Of a stretch of 64,000 nt of DNA, positions 34,545 to 52,010 are shown piece by piece (positions within the stretch are counted from its first letter, which is position 1; each line of letters begins with the position of its first letter). The position numbers and the translations under genes were made by a program. The notes beneath the pieces were generated by a model. The model was not told the origin of the DNA, searched no databases, and saw nothing but the letters and a program-made list of their open reading frames with translations. The stretch is from the human T2T-CHM13v2.0 reference genome, Homo sapiens. The DNA is taken from the NCBI RefSeq assembly GCF_009914755.1, contig NC_060935.1. One strand, written 5' to 3'.

Positions 34545-35600
34545 AAGTGATCTTGAAAGAAATGTTTCTTTATCTGACATAAAAAAGGATGGAGAAAGGA
34601 AGCATTATTGTACCTCTGACTTTCTAACAAATTACCATAAAGGAAGAATATTTTTCGTCTACTATTGTTAGAACACCTTAGAACCATCAAAAATATAATT
34701 ACATGGCTAATAGAAAAAAAAAGAGCAGTTTTAAAATATGTTTTATGTAACCTATTTTCATTGTTTTTCATTTTGTTGTTGCCGAGTAGTAGTTGTTCTA
34801 AGTAAATACAGGTCTCAATTTCACTATGAATAAAAACTGTCAAAATCAAGAAACTAAAAAAAAAGTTCTTTAATTACTAATGTCAAAACCATACTGTTTT
34901 TAAGATAATTTGTAAAGTCTAGAAATGGGGCCATTCGCCATTTTGTTTTATGCCATAGATCATCCTGGGGTTTTTTGGTGGGCAAATGCTGCTATTTGTA
35001 AAACTCTTCCTTCCAAAGATTTTCCTAAATCTTTATTCTCAAACTTACTCTGGGTGATGGGTCCTGGACAGAATAGCTTCACTTCCTTTAAAGGTAACTT
35101 CTTTGTTTCATCTTTACTGCCTACTGTGTCGTCTTTTCTTATGTTGAAGTTGACAGACCTGCTCTATTCTCATACTAATAGACTATTTTTAGATTTTTTT
35201 AAAGTAATCACAATAAATTCAGTATATCTTAAGTCTTTTGGCTTCCTGTGAACTTCTTCCCTTGACAGTTTATCTTAGCACTGAAACATCAAATATATTG
35301 TATCTGCTTTATCTAATACTCAGAAACAAAGAACCTACATGACCAATATCAAATTTTATTTTTTAGTTCTGACTCCTAAAGTCTTGCTGTCCTATCCTCA
35401 ATGCTGTTAAAAACTTCTGAGGTTCCAGTTTTGTTATGTGGTGACTCCATTGGCTCCTGTCTTCGTCAGTCTGCTTCTTCTTGGGTAGCTTGGGAATTCT
35501 GTGCTATGGTGATATGTCTGGATACAATTTGTAAGTCAGCCTACACAGCCAGACCATGTGGCTTAAAGTAATTTTTATCCGTCTTATTTTTTACTCTTAG

Positions 35601-35648
35601 GCAATGCGGAATATCAATCCCAGCACAGCAAATTCTCCAAAATGTCAG
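35601..35648 (+). CDS. YAP1: YAP1 exon 6 (48-nt cassette, AMRNINPSTANSPKCQ; gamma/delta isoforms)
   Basis: ttactcttag|GCA ... CAG|gtaggc; phase 0-0; matches the known 16-aa insert interrupting the leucine zipper. Confidence 0.96.
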
Positions 35649-36770
35649 GTAGGCTCTTATCTGATGTTTTAGCACTGGAAAAAAAAAAAAAAAGATATTA
35701 AATTAGGAAAGAGAAACTTACATTCCAGGGTCCTGTCCTTATTGGACATTAGCCCAGAGAATAACTTTGAGCCATCTTTCTACCAAGATACTCAGGTTAA
35801 CATTGCCCTTCCAAGAAAGTCTACACAGTCTGCTCCCTCCCTGCTCCTCCTAGGGAGTTTCTGTTTATTTTGATTCCATGGAGGTCTTTTTTATTCTATA
35901 TTTAAATGTATTGTGTCTCAGTTGTACATCCTATCAGCTAGGTATGCCTAATTTTTATTTGAATAGCTTAAAATAGTATGTGTAATGATTTAAAGGAATT
36001 AATAAATTGAACAGTAACAAAAGCAGTATTTACTTGGATAGGCTACTTTAGGAAATTTTAGAGTCATGATACTATGAGGAAGAGAAAAATTCTTTCTAGT
36101 GGACATTCCAAAGGAAAAATATCAAAATTATCAGGAGAGTATCTGCCTGGATAGTGTTTCAGGTTTTCTTGTTGGCTTTTATCAGCATTCTCTGATGAAC
36201 CCCAGGGAGCCCTGGTTGTGAAGGCATCTTATTTAGAAGGAAAGATTGTGGCCAATTTTTCTTCTAACACAGGCACTTGTCTGACTCGTGGGAAGAATCT
36301 CGTTCTTAAAACCAAAAAGATTTTAGGTGTTTGAGGTCCACAAGATTAGAAGAAATTCGGAGCCAGAGGATCATTCTACTTCTCTTGGGGCAGAAGCAAC
36401 CATATAATGCCTCACCTTCTATGTAACTTACTCTGCACTATGCTAAATAAGTACATTGTTTTAGAATCTGCTGTAGAAGTAGGAGTTGGCAAAATTCTAC
36501 TCATTTTGGATACTGTTAAGTTGTCCGTTGGAGCACCATGATGATAAAAGTCAGATACAGTCTTCATAGAAACCAGTTAATTTTGTGAGAGGGAAAATCT
36601 CTATTCTTCTTTATCTATCTCATAAATGCCACCATTAATCAAAAGACCAAGCAAGGGATAACTCAATAATAAGCCATCTTCACCAAAGTTGAGCATAGAC
36701 ATTCTTATGATGAGGGGGCACTAATATACCATTTGACTGTGAAGTGCAGGATAGCATTGGGTCTTTATAA

Positions 36771-37138
<368 letters not shown>

Positions 37139-37746
37139 TGAAGTGTTTCTGAAAGAAGAATTTTATTCATGATAAATGAAATAGAAACTAATATAGGAGC
37201 AGAAATTAACTCAAAGGAGATTTGGATTCAGGTAAAAAGTCCTCCATGCCAAAAAAATGTTGAAATTGTTTCCTTTTTTCCCAAGGTCTTATACCCTGAA
37301 TCTGATAAATAAGTCAAATTCTTCTTGATCTTTGTTTCATACTTGAATAGAAAAGTAAATCTTTACTGTTATTAAAATTATCAGGAATTCTTAGATTTTT
37401 TAAAATAGTAAAGTTTTAGAAAAGGTGAGGCTTATTAGTAGTAAAGCTTCTAAGATACGAAGATTAGAGGTAATTACTCAGATTTGCCCAGACCAGAGCA
37501 AAAAACTTGAAAGAGGTTTTTAAAAATCTTCTTTGCATATGCTGGAGATTAAAATATTGGTTTGTTATATATGCTTTAGTTGTCAGTGTTTAATATTTAC
37601 CTGGCATAATTGTGGAAAGTTATCAGTAAATGTATGAAATTCAAGTATAGGGTTATATTTGAAATAGATCAAGAAATCTGGTGGTATTTGTATCAAGAAA
37701 GCATGTGTATATTTTTCTCATCCTATTATTTTCTAAATAACCTTAA

Positions 37747-38086
<340 letters not shown>

Positions 38087-38645
38087 AGAAGAGTCATATC
38101 TTAAGTGAAGATGGCTTTAAATAGTGTTTCTCAGAATAATCAAGAAAGCTAGAAAGGACTTTTCAGCCCCAAAGAACAGAGGGTATAAAGACATCACTCA
38201 GTATCTGAACACTAGACGCTGTTGTAAAGTTACTGGGTTTTTAACTTATACTTTGTAATAGATATTAATGCAGCTGAGTTAGCAAGCAATAGTGAGATCA
38301 GTGTCATTTTCTAATCGTATACCTCATATGCTGTGGGATGTGGAAAGCCACTAAACTTCAAAATGCTTATGAATTACTACAGAAGCTGTCTTTAAGTACT
38401 TCCAATAGGATTTAACATATCATGTGGCTGTTGTAGGGTGCTGTGCTCGTGTACACTAACGTCAGTATGGGTGAGGTTAATGAAAAATTCCAAGATCCAT
38501 GGCCCAAGTGATATTGAAATGTAAAATTTTGAAAAAACTTTAAAGGCATTTATATATCTTCTTAGTTAAATATGGAAATTATCACCTTAATTTATTATAC
38601 TATGTTGGCAGGATTTTGGAAAAATTCATCCTTACAGAGCTTAAC

Positions 38646-38964
<319 letters not shown>

Positions 38965-39255
38965 AAAGAGCTTAACATTTTAATTTCATTTTGGTTACTT
39001 ATGATTTTTATGTTTCAAAAGCAATTTCCATTCTCAGAAGAAACTTTCTGAAACTGTAAACATCTTTGCTTTGTGAGATTGAGCAGTTAATGCTATTTTC
39101 TAGTCATATCTCTGTTACACATCAGTGCTCACTTGTAAATTGGAGAGACCTTTTGAGCAAGTGGGTTTAGGAATGCACTCTAGCTTCTGTTTTAAGGTCT
39201 TTTGAGAGAAGAACTTTGAGGAAAGATAGTCCCCCCTGAGGTGCGAACACTTCTA

Positions 39256-39679
<424 letters not shown>

Positions 39680-39879
39680 TCACTGGTTCCAGTTAAGCCA
39701 GTAACTCTTCCATTATTAGCTAAGTGTACTCCACTGCCTTGTTGCTGTTATTCTGCTCACAAGCTTTTCCCCATAGTGAGAACCTTGCTTATCCCCTTTC
39801 TTACCAGTAAAGATTCTTCATTTCTGTTTTAAGGCTTAGGGTGAGATTCATTCCCAAGTGCCCTTATGAGAATTCTTGA

Positions 39880-40170
39880 GGCAGGGCACAGTGGCTCACG
39901 CCTGTAATCCCAGCACTTTGAGAGGCCGAGGCAGGCAAATGACCTGAGGTCAGAAGTCCGAGACCTGCCTGGCCAATATGGTGAAAGTCCATCTCTACTA
40001 AAAACGGAAAAATTAGCTGGGCTTGGTGGCATGCACCTGTAGTCCCAGCTACTCAGGAGGCTGAGGTGGGAGGATGGCCTGAGTCTGGGAGGCAGCGGTT
40101 CAGTGAGCTGAGATCATGCCACTACACTCCAGCCTGGGTGACAGAGTGAGACTCTGCCTCAAAAAAAGAA
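39880..40170 (+). mobile_element. Alu
   Basis: TSD gagaattcttga. Confidence 0.9.
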
Positions 40171-41554
40171 AATTAGAGAATTCTTGAAACTACCCAGAAA
40201 TAAAAACAACACTGCTGTATAAAGATGTCTTAACTCAGTAGCCAGTATAATTCCAATTTAGGTGGTCAAAAGTATGATATGGGGTTACTTTCATTTCTGG
40301 GCAAGTAATTGCTTCAATCTGTATAGAAATTACAGTATAAATATTTGGCAACTACTGAATAATGTGTAGTTGCCATTCCTTATAGGTGGTAATGAATAGA
40401 CACCAAGGTCAGTCCCTGGTTTAATGAATAATAAAGCCCACAGTATTGCTGATGAGGATATTATACTGCACCATTACCTCTCAACAGTGAAGAGGTTCAG
40501 ATGTTCACAGTTGTAGTTAATGAGAACAAAATAATACCATTGTTCAGAGCTATATGAAAACAATTGCCAACAACCATTTTTTTCCTGAATTTAGTAAAAG
40601 TAAAGTATTTGGCTTTTTTCCCTTCAAACTGTCTTTCATGTTAGCTGTTTCAAAATCCTGTTAACACTTGTCTAACGTTATCTTTCTCTTCGAAGTTCTG
40701 ATATTAAATAAATCATAGATTTATTTGAAGGTTTTCCAATGAATATATTATATTTTATTTTTAATGGGTACATTGAAAACTTTATATAAGAGGGAAGATT
40801 TAGTCTCACACCTCACATACTTTTAACTGGTTATTTCATTTGTTTTATTAAACTTGCCTCTTCCTTGTTATTTGAACAGTGCCATAATAACTTTGAGACC
40901 ATGATTGAGTAATACAGATTACAAAAGGCCTAATTCCAGAAGTCTATCAGAAAGAATGTAGAATCCTAGGATAATGCTAGGGAACACCAACCTGCCATCC
41001 TGTTTTGGATGTGATTTTTCAGAGTTTAAGATTATCATCTAGTTCTCATAACTGTCCCCCAATCCATGTGTATACTTTTTTTAATCAAAAAAGTTGTTCT
41101 AAAGTTAAAACTGCTTTGGTAAATGGCATAAACATTAAAAAACATAAAGCATTGGCTCAGTGTTTTAATGACTTTAGAAATAATAAAATGTTTTATTACA
41201 GTTTAAAGCTGTGTTGGAAAATAGGGTATGGCAAGACCTCTATCTTAAACAGTTGGAAGAAATGGCATTTTTTTCTATTTTTAGAATTGTTGACATAAAC
41301 TGCTATCACTAAGGCAAACTACTTACAAGACATATATTTTTAGAGTTATTCTCCATTTCTAAATTTGGATTTCCAGTTCACTAAGTTAATCTTCCTTAAA
41401 CAAATTGATTACCACCCTCCCTGCAAAAACCCCTTGCTCCTGTGCCATATATTATCGAAAAAAGACACACTTTTATATAATGCAGTATTTACTAAAGACA
41501 GAATTGCTTTAAGAAAGTAACACTGACTAGGTAGTTAGCTCCCCAAATCATTAA

Positions 41555-41911
<357 letters not shown>

Positions 41912-42653
41912 TAAGGAAGATAAAATAGTGTTGCTATTTAAGGGAATTAGTAGACATGGGATAGGGAAATTGCATATATTTATATAAGAAAACAGGCCAG
42001 CCTTTTTCTCCCTTTCTTAACAATATGATATGTCTTTGTGGTTCAGTCTAGCCAAAAAACAACAACCTCTGCCTCCCATACAAGCGCGCGTGCTAGCGTG
42101 AACACACTCAGATAACAAAGGTTTCAGGAGGCAGAAGTGAAATGGAAATTTCGGAAAGTATCCTACTCCATGCTTTACCTAGTCAGATTATGAAGGAGAA
42201 TGACCATGAAGTTAGACAAATGAAAGAGTTTTCTCCTATAAGGTGTCCTGCTTCTGGGGAGGAACAGTTAAATCATGTGTTTCCATCGTGAGTAAGTTTT
42301 ATAATTCCTTGTATTCTTAGCAAAGGATTGTAAATGTGAAAGTGAAGTTACCATAGGAAACTAAGAATTTTAGATGTAAAATAGTGAAAATTTGTTTCAG
42401 GGTTATCTAGACATTTTGCTACTTTAAAAAAAAATCTTAATATGGGTAAGCATGAAGTCAAATTAATCCGAATGTTTAATCAAAAATATATTTTATATAA
42501 ATTCTCCATTATATTACATTTAAAAATAAGCCTGTATATGTCTTATACCTGTGTTAAAAAATGCCAATTATATTTCAATAATGTAATTTTATCAAAACAC
42601 ATTTTCAGTGAATATCAACATTATTTCATAATTGGGTAAATCTGGCATAGCTC

Positions 42654-42719
42654 TTTTGTAGACAGTCCAATTATGTCCTGAGCCATAAGCCTTGGGACAT
42701 AATTGGATTGTCTACAAAA
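42654..42719. repeat. Long inverted repeat (29-bp stem including 3 G-T pairs, 8-nt loop)
   Basis: TTTTGTAGACAGTCCAATTATGTCCTGAG-CCATAAGC-CTTGGGACATAATTGGATTGTCTACAAAA. Confidence 0.95.
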
Positions 42720-43469
42720 CTGATTTCAGTTGAAACATTTCATGTTGAAAGTTACGTCTATCTCTAAGAAGTTTTTGGATTATTTTATCCTGAACACAAT
42801 GCCTAAAATTAGAATACTGGACTAAAAATACAAGTTTGTTAAACTTCTGTTTTCCCAAAGGTAACTAGGATAAATAGTTTGACAGACTTTCAAAACTGGG
42901 GAAATAAGTTACAGGAAATTTAGCCAAAACATAATCATGCTTCTGTTCTGTATTTCAAAGGTCAAATAGTTTTTTTCTAACTGAAGCAAGTATTTTTAGC
43001 CATTTTCTTCTGTAATAATACAAAAATGTGGTAGCTTTTCCCATTGAGCTTGTAAATCTTAGCTAATGTGGGACACATTTGGAGTCAGAGCTATCTACGC
43101 TGTAAGTAAAACTAAGGGTCCCAGTTTGTTCTGGAGGAAACTTTGCAGGGTGGTTCATAAAAGAAAACATGAGTTTGCCTGCTTTATTTAGTGGACTTTT
43201 ATGGAACCAAGACCTAGCCATAAGCCATTGGCCCTTCTTACTACATTTCTCTCCTCTCATGTAAATAGCAATATAATTTCCCAGAAGTCAAAAAAGATGC
43301 TAAGATTATGTAGTTTTGAAAGTTAAGGTATGTTGGCCTTACATAAAATGATGCCTTAGTCCACATCATTTAGAAAAATAATGAGAAAGGCAGTAAAAGT
43401 AGTCAGAAGTCTGGAAACACTTAGAATATTTTTAAGGTTTTTTTAAATTTTTAGAGTATCCAAGAGAAA

Positions 43470-44200
43470 CGAAAGCATGTTTCTACACAAAGCCAAAATG
43501 TAGAAATAACCCAAATGCCTATCAACAGATGAATAAACAAATGTAATATATTCCTACAGTGGAATACTAGTTAGCAATAAAAAGGAATGAACTGTGGATA
43601 TAACATGAATGAATCCCAAGATTATCACACTAAGTGAAAAAGTACATGCTGTATGATTTTATTTTAGAAAATTCTAGAAAATACCGAATAATCTACAATG
43701 ACAAAAAGCAGATGATTAGCTTCTGAAGGTTGAAGTAGGGGAGGTGAGAAGTAGTGGGAGAAAATTTTGAGGATGATTATCTTTTTTTTTTGAGATGGAG
43801 GTTCGTTCTTATTGCCCAGGTTGGAGTGCAATGGCGCAATCTCAGCTACCAGAACCTCTGCCTCCCGGGTTCAAGCGATTCTCCTGCCCCAGCCTCCCAA
43901 GTCCTCCCGAGTAGCTTGAATTACAGGCACCTGCCATCACACCCAGCTAATTTTTTGTATTTTTAGTAGAGACGGGGTTTCTCCATGTTGGTCAGGCTGG
44001 TCTCGAACTCCCAACCTCAGGTGATCTGCCCACCTCACCCTCCCAAAGTGCTGGGATTACAGGTGTGAGCCACTGCACCCGGCTGAGGATGATTATCTTG
44101 ATTGTAGTGGCAGCTTCACAGGTGTACACACATGTCAAAACTCATCAATTTATGCACTTTATAATTTATTGTATATCCGTTATATATCAAAAAGCTTTTC
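43470..44200 (+). mobile_element. Old L1M 3' fragment interrupted by an antisense AluSp-like element (43782-44084)
   Basis: L1 3' motifs; Alu TSD tgaggatgattatctt. Confidence 0.75.
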
Positions 44201-44327
44201 AAAATTTACTTGGAATATCTAATCACCTGTAACTAAAAGTTTCAAAACTCAGCTGAGTATTTATACCTTTAGTATGCTATCCATAATCTGCATATATGTT
44301 ATTTGTATCATTGGCCTTGTTACATTA

Positions 44328-44625
44328 GAGTCATCCCTTGGGGGATTGGTTCCAGCAAGTCCCTTATATAAAATGGCATGCTATTTGCATATAACCTACA
44401 CACATCCTCCTGTATACCTTAAATCATTTCTAGATTACTTATAATACAATGGAAATGCTATGTAAAGAGCTGTTACACTGTTATAACTGTGTTGTCATTC
44501 TGTATTGGGAATAATGGCAAGAAAAATAGTCTATATATGTTAAGTACAGACACAGCCTTCCATTTTTCTTCTCGAATATTTCGATCCATACTTGGTTGCC
44601 TTACGGATATGAAAGGCTAACTATA
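44328..44625 (+). mobile_element. MER2-like (Tigger) DNA transposon
   Basis: gggggattggttccag...atttgcatataacctac core. Confidence 0.75.
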
Positions 44626-45824
44626 TTTGTTTTCATGCCAAATTCTTCCCTATTTGATTAATAATACACTCCTGCCACCAGTAAGTAAAGTGTCTTTTTT
44701 TCATTGATTCTTTCAAGTCTAATTTAGGTGAATCCTTAGGTTAGTTACTGTTAGTCATGGCTCAAATATAGGTTTAATGAGAAGAGTGTTTCCATAGCCC
44801 TTCAAGGGGTCGGATATCTCCTTAGGTAACTTGGAATGATTTCCCTGCTTACTGACATCTCTAAGTTATCTTTCTTTATAAATCTGCATAGTTGGTTCTG
44901 CAGTGTCTGCTGACATAGAAATTCAGTTGTTAAATGAAGTAAAAAGTAAAAATTTCACGGCTTTTAACAAACATAGTGGCCAAATTCAAAGCAGCAAGAA
45001 CATGGAGAGTCTAGTCTGCACATGATACTAGTTTTAACCTAATAAAAAGTAGGAATTTTATTTAAAAGGCTAAAATAAAAAGTTGTAAAAATAATATGAA
45101 AATTATAGCCAATTCAGTTATTTTAGTTATGACTTACAGTTTAGTGTTATATATTTGTTTTGTGCTACAAACAGGAGCATACCTTCTTTGATAAAAAGCA
45201 AATGAGAGTCTTTAGAATATTCTCCAATACTCCCATGTTTGTCACAGAACCCTAGGCATCAGCCTTTTCTGGAGTCTATAATTTTATTCATTTTAAAGTT
45301 TATTGTTAAATACATCCTCATATTTTAAGAGCAAAATAAATTCTTCAAGGAATTTTAAGTTGTTTTATGCTCCAGAGTAATTCATTCACTCTGGCCTTAG
45401 GGGGTACAGCAAAAATAATTACGATATTTTGTGATAAGTGCTGTGTTCAGGATGTTAAAGACATGACATGTCTGTGTCTAATCCAATCTCAAGATCGAGA
45501 TGGGATCACCACGGAGAGTTTCTTCAAAAAGGTAGTGCCTTCACCAGGTCTTAAATAATACGGAAGAAAGGCATGGTATTGAGAGGATGTGTCCTCCCAC
45601 AGACAGACTACAATGAGTGTAGTATCACTGTTTTAAAGTCACTTCTCACTTTGTAAGATGAGCATGGGAGGAGTCAAAAGTAGAAGATAGAAAAGAAATA
45701 AGAGGGATCCCCATAAGACTGCAAGAAAAGTTAAAAAGATGATGAGTATAAATGAAGTTACTTTTGAGGCAAGCAGGAAGAGGTGGCAAGAGGGGCCAGA
45801 AAAATCAAAGATTATACCTGATGA

Positions 45825-46289
<465 letters not shown>

Positions 46290-47526
46290 TGGAGGAAGAG
46301 AAAAGAAAAGAAATGGACTTCCCTGAATAGGGGCTTGAGATAGTATGCCATATTTGGAGTAGTGACCATGAGGATGTGAAAAACAACTGACCAAGAACAA
46401 AACAAAACAAAAAAACCAATAAGTGGTACTAGGGTCCATCCAAAACCAAAGACCTTTAATTTGTAATGATAACATTCTGGATAGTTATGTGATTTCTTTT
46501 TTTTCTTTTCCCTTAGCATTTCTCAGCAATCTCAGAATGAAAATGGAACAAATACACTTTGGCATTGCTTTGGGGTTGGGATTTGCTGGGCTGAGATAAA
46601 ATTATATGTACATCAGGAATCTAAAAGGTGCTTATGCTGTTTTGAATGATCAGTCATGAATTTAAGCTTGTAGGGAAGGAGAAAAAAAAATAAGATACCA
46701 AAAGACAGCCAATAGACTAGACTAGTAAGGAGAGATGGGTCTGGAGTCTCTGAGGTTGGAGGGCTGGTAGAGTGGACATGAGTCTATGCAGGAACTGGTT
46801 AGAAAAAAATGTGAGAAAGTAAAATAAGTGCATGTAAGATTTTGGGGAGAGAAGTTTCTAAGCCAGTTCTTGGGTATGACTGAGGGAATTAATGATTGAA
46901 ATACAGTGATGAAGTGGTCAGTATCATTTCGGTGTAAAGGCGATCCCGGCATTTCAACAATGGGTTATTATATGGGTTTTATGCATGGAGGTCATAATTC
47001 CAATGTGATGAATGCAGTTGGAATGAAGAGAAACACTGATCATCGTCTCAAAACATGACTTAAGATTTTAGAGTTGGTTTGGTTTCAAATAACAGGATCT
47101 TAGTGGCTGTGCAATGGGTGTTTGAGTGGAGTGGAGATGAAGGTCACTGGAATCCAGAAGGTTCAGGAAGCTGTCAGGTTAAGTGAATTGTCCATTTAAT
47201 ACTGAAGCATGTTAAGAGGCATGGAGAATACTTGGAGTGGCAAGAGGCTTTGACCAGACTCCAGAATTTTCCCGTATATAAGATGGAGTAACGAAGAGAT
47301 CAGTAAATTTGAGTACAAGAAGCAGTTTACCTTGCAGGGAAGACAGGCAAACAATTTTGGCATTTGGCCAAGTCCCTAGGTTCCCTCTCAGGACATTGGT
47401 GTTTGTTTTTTTTTTAAAGTACAGGATTGAAAAGAAAAGGAATTTCATTGATACAGTTAAGAAAATATTAAATAGAAACTTGTGATATAACGTGCTTCTT
47501 TTTAATGTATAAATAACAAGATCTAA

Positions 47527-47830
47527 GGCTGGGTGCAGTGGCCTATGCTTGTAATGCCAGCACTTTGGGCGGCCAAGGAGGGTAGATCATCTGAGCCTGG
47601 GAGATTGAGACCAGCTGGGCAACATGGCAAAACCCTGTCTCTACAAAAATACAAAAAATTAGCTGGGTATGGTGGTGTGCCTCTGTGGCTGCAGCTACTC
47701 ATGAGGCTGAGGCAGGAGGATCACTTGAGCCTAGAAGGTCAAGGCTGCAGTGAGCTATAATTGCATCACTGCATTCCAGATTGGGTGACAGAGTGAGACC
47801 CTGTCTCAAAAAGATTAAAAAAAAAAAAAA
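47527..47830 (+). mobile_element. AluJ
   Basis: J-type right arm. Confidence 0.85.
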
Positions 47831-49046
47831 TCTAGAAGCACATCTTATAACGTAACTACTGTAGCATTGAAATAGCAATGATCATAAATGGTATTTTAAA
47901 ATATTTGCAACAACTACAATGTGATATGAAAACATTTATATGTTCTATTGGTGAAAAGTTAGGTACAGTGAATACTAATGGTGCATACTACATTGGAGAA
48001 AATGTTGACAAATTTAGCGAAAGTTAATGTGTAATTTTTTTTTTTTTACCCCATTGAAGTTCAGAGACTCTCTGAATTCTGTCATGGTCCGCTGGTTAAG
48101 AAACTCTGGTTTAAAGGATGGTATATCCAGAAGGCATAAACCTAAAGAAAAATAAGTGGTATTTGCATGCAGGAGAATTGTAGTTTAGAAGTGGCAGCGT
48201 AGAGCTAGGAGAAGCTTTCCATACTTCAGGACCCCATGGCGATTGTGGAGGTGAGGGCTGGAGATGGTGGGGCCGTGCCTCAGTGAGCAGACTTGGCTCA
48301 GAAAGCTGTGTGGAAGGATGACGGAGTCAGGCCAGTATCCTTTGTGATAAGAAACTGTATGTATTTCAAATCAAACCCAAAAAGTAGAGGGAAAGAAAGC
48401 TGATGGTCTAGTAGAGATGATGTTTACGATAGGTGGAGAGGCACAGTGAAAATTCTTAGGAGGGTAAGAAACAGTGAACAGATAAAGGAGAGAAAAAGGA
48501 CAGAGTAGTAATGAGTGTGCTACGGATGGGTCACAGTGAGATGAACTGTTTTTGAGGTCCTGGGCAAATACAGGCTGAAACCTGGGAGGTTTGGAAGCCC
48601 TTGAAGGCAGGCCTTCTGCAACCATCAGAGTAGCAACCTACAGCCTTTGCTCAGGTTTACAGGGAGAATCCTGCTGAGAAATTGTTGGATGACCCTGAAG
48701 AAATTTTACCCCATTTTAAATATTATGTTTGTGGTGGAGAAGCCTTGGGTTTGTGTTTTAACTTCTGATGTCTTTTTTTCATTTTCCTCCTCTCTCCCTG
48801 CTAGAGGATGGAACATATTCTATCCAGCTCAGGATAGAAAAACCTAAAGTCAAAATGAGACATTTAATAGCAAAGTGTGAAATAGTGTTGGGGGTTGGGG
48901 AAGGATTGGTGTCTTATAGTAAAATCATCAGATGCTATTCTTCCTACTTCTTTTTTTTTGGCGGGGGAGGGGGTCGGGGGGTTCCAAACACACAAAACCA
49001 TATAAGAGTTGTCGAGTAAAAGCAAACTTTAAGAATTATTTTTTTA

Positions 49047-49370
<324 letters not shown>

Positions 49371-49706
49371 TTAAAGACCAGACTTGCCATTCTATAATAA
49401 CCCAAAGGAGGATTTGGGAGTATCTTCCAGAGTAAGGAAAATAACAAAAAGAAAACAAAGTAGCAAAATGTATATAGGGTGGGGGGTGGTTAATATGACT
49501 AGACAGACTTTAAATATATGTAACTTAATTTTTAGTCATTTGAAATGGATAGAATTAGGTCATTCTGATTGGGAAATGTATTAACTTTAAAGTAGATGTT
49601 TTTAATCTATCTGCACGGTTACTCTGATGAACGTTTTATTTCTTTAAACCTAACATTAAATGTGTTAATCAGTAGATTGATTCTCTTTGGCTTTATTTTT
49701 AATTAG

Positions 49707-50015
<309 letters not shown>

Positions 50016-51286
50016 TGAGAGGAAGTGAACTGTTCAGACTTGTACAAGGGATACTTATTCAAAGTCATGACGTGTTTGCTTCTGCCTATACTGTTGACTA
50101 ACAGTTACTTAAAATTACAGAATCATGAAGGAACATGTGAATGCCTTTCTGTGAAAGCAAATGAATTTCATGTTAAACCTACTTAGGATTGCATTATAAG
50201 GATCACTGGAAGGAATTTTCCACATAGCTATTCAAGCTAAAACGTTTCACCCAGCAGCACTGTAAGGCCTCATGTTCTTAAGGGCTATAGTCCAAGGAGA
50301 TAAAATGTAAGGTTGTGCCTCTTTCAAAAATGCACTAAGATTAACGGCAGTATTTGAAAATAACATAGCTTAGGGATGCTTCTTAGTGAGTTACCACAAA
50401 TCCTGGGTTTCAGACAGATTGCAATATTACATAAACTGCCATTTTGAAGTCTGTAAGCTGAAACAGGTCATATTCTTTGCCTAGGAAGTCATTTAAGATT
50501 AAGATTTAACTAAAATTCCTTCTTCTAGGTTGTGGAGTTTCAAACTTTTTAAAATATGGGATTAGTTTACGCTTTGGATTCCTTTTCTAACTGATTTAAA
50601 TAACACACTTTCTTAAATACTCAAAGGTATTTTGCACTAGGAAAACTATTACACCACCTTTTCAGTTCTCACCAATTGAATTGGAAACTTAGTAATTCCA
50701 AGAGAAAATATCTTATCCTGCTAAAAGTATTTAGTGCAATAGAATTCACCATTTACTCAGTTTTTAAGATTAGTACTGGTGGCCTAGTTGGAAGGTTTGA
50801 TTTTGAAGACCATCTAAAATGTATTTTAAGTTTGTATTTACTCTTCTGACATACACTTTAAAGTTCTAAAAGTAAGTGTATTTATATAAGATTATAGTTC
50901 TAGACTTAAACTGAGGCTAATTAAGAGAGGCATAGCCTCAGAACTTTTTTTCCAACAAGGAAAATTTCATATCCATGTAATTCCAGTACCTGTCTTGTTG
51001 AAGGGGCTATATTAATCCCAGGGATAAAAATTAGACCATTTTAAAAATGGATAGGCTGCATATCCTTCTGACAGTCACTTATGAAGATTTTTTTTCTTAA
51101 AACTTTTGATGAGAGCTGGGCTACAATTTGAGATTCTATTTTCTGGGAAGATCAGAGTGGCAGATAATCAGTGTTACTAATCTAAGGGCAGAATTGTATA
51201 TGCATTCTCTGCAGTACCCCCAGTTTCTAATAATAACATACATCTGACTTTGACTTTTTTTTTCTTTAAAAAAAAAAACAACTCTT

Positions 51287-51644
<358 letters not shown>

Positions 51645-51719
51645 TTAAGCTCTAAATACTTTTTGCCCCAACTTGCCTTGGCATTGACTCTTAGTAGTAA
51701 TGCTGAGTTCCCTTAGTTC

Positions 51720-52010
51720 CCTTTTACTTTTACCCTCAAAGCTCACTCAGATGTCCCCCTCCATGAAACTTTTACCCTTTACTTCTAAGCTCCCTGTTTG
51801 TTCTGAAAGCACTGTGCTTACATCTGAGTTCATATAGCCCCTAAATATGATTCATTAGTATATTTGTTCATTTCCCTCCTTGAAGTTGTGAGCCTCTCAC
51901 AAAACATTGTTTGTAGGTGGTGGTGATTGTTAACCTCTTTATCCTCAAAGCCTAGTCTAATGCCTGTCATGTAGTAGCAGATGCTCAGTGAATGTTTACT
52001 GAATGAGTGG
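51720..52010 (+). mobile_element. L2 3' end fragment
   Basis: gtagcagatgctcagtgaatgtttactgaatgagt terminus. Confidence 0.6.
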
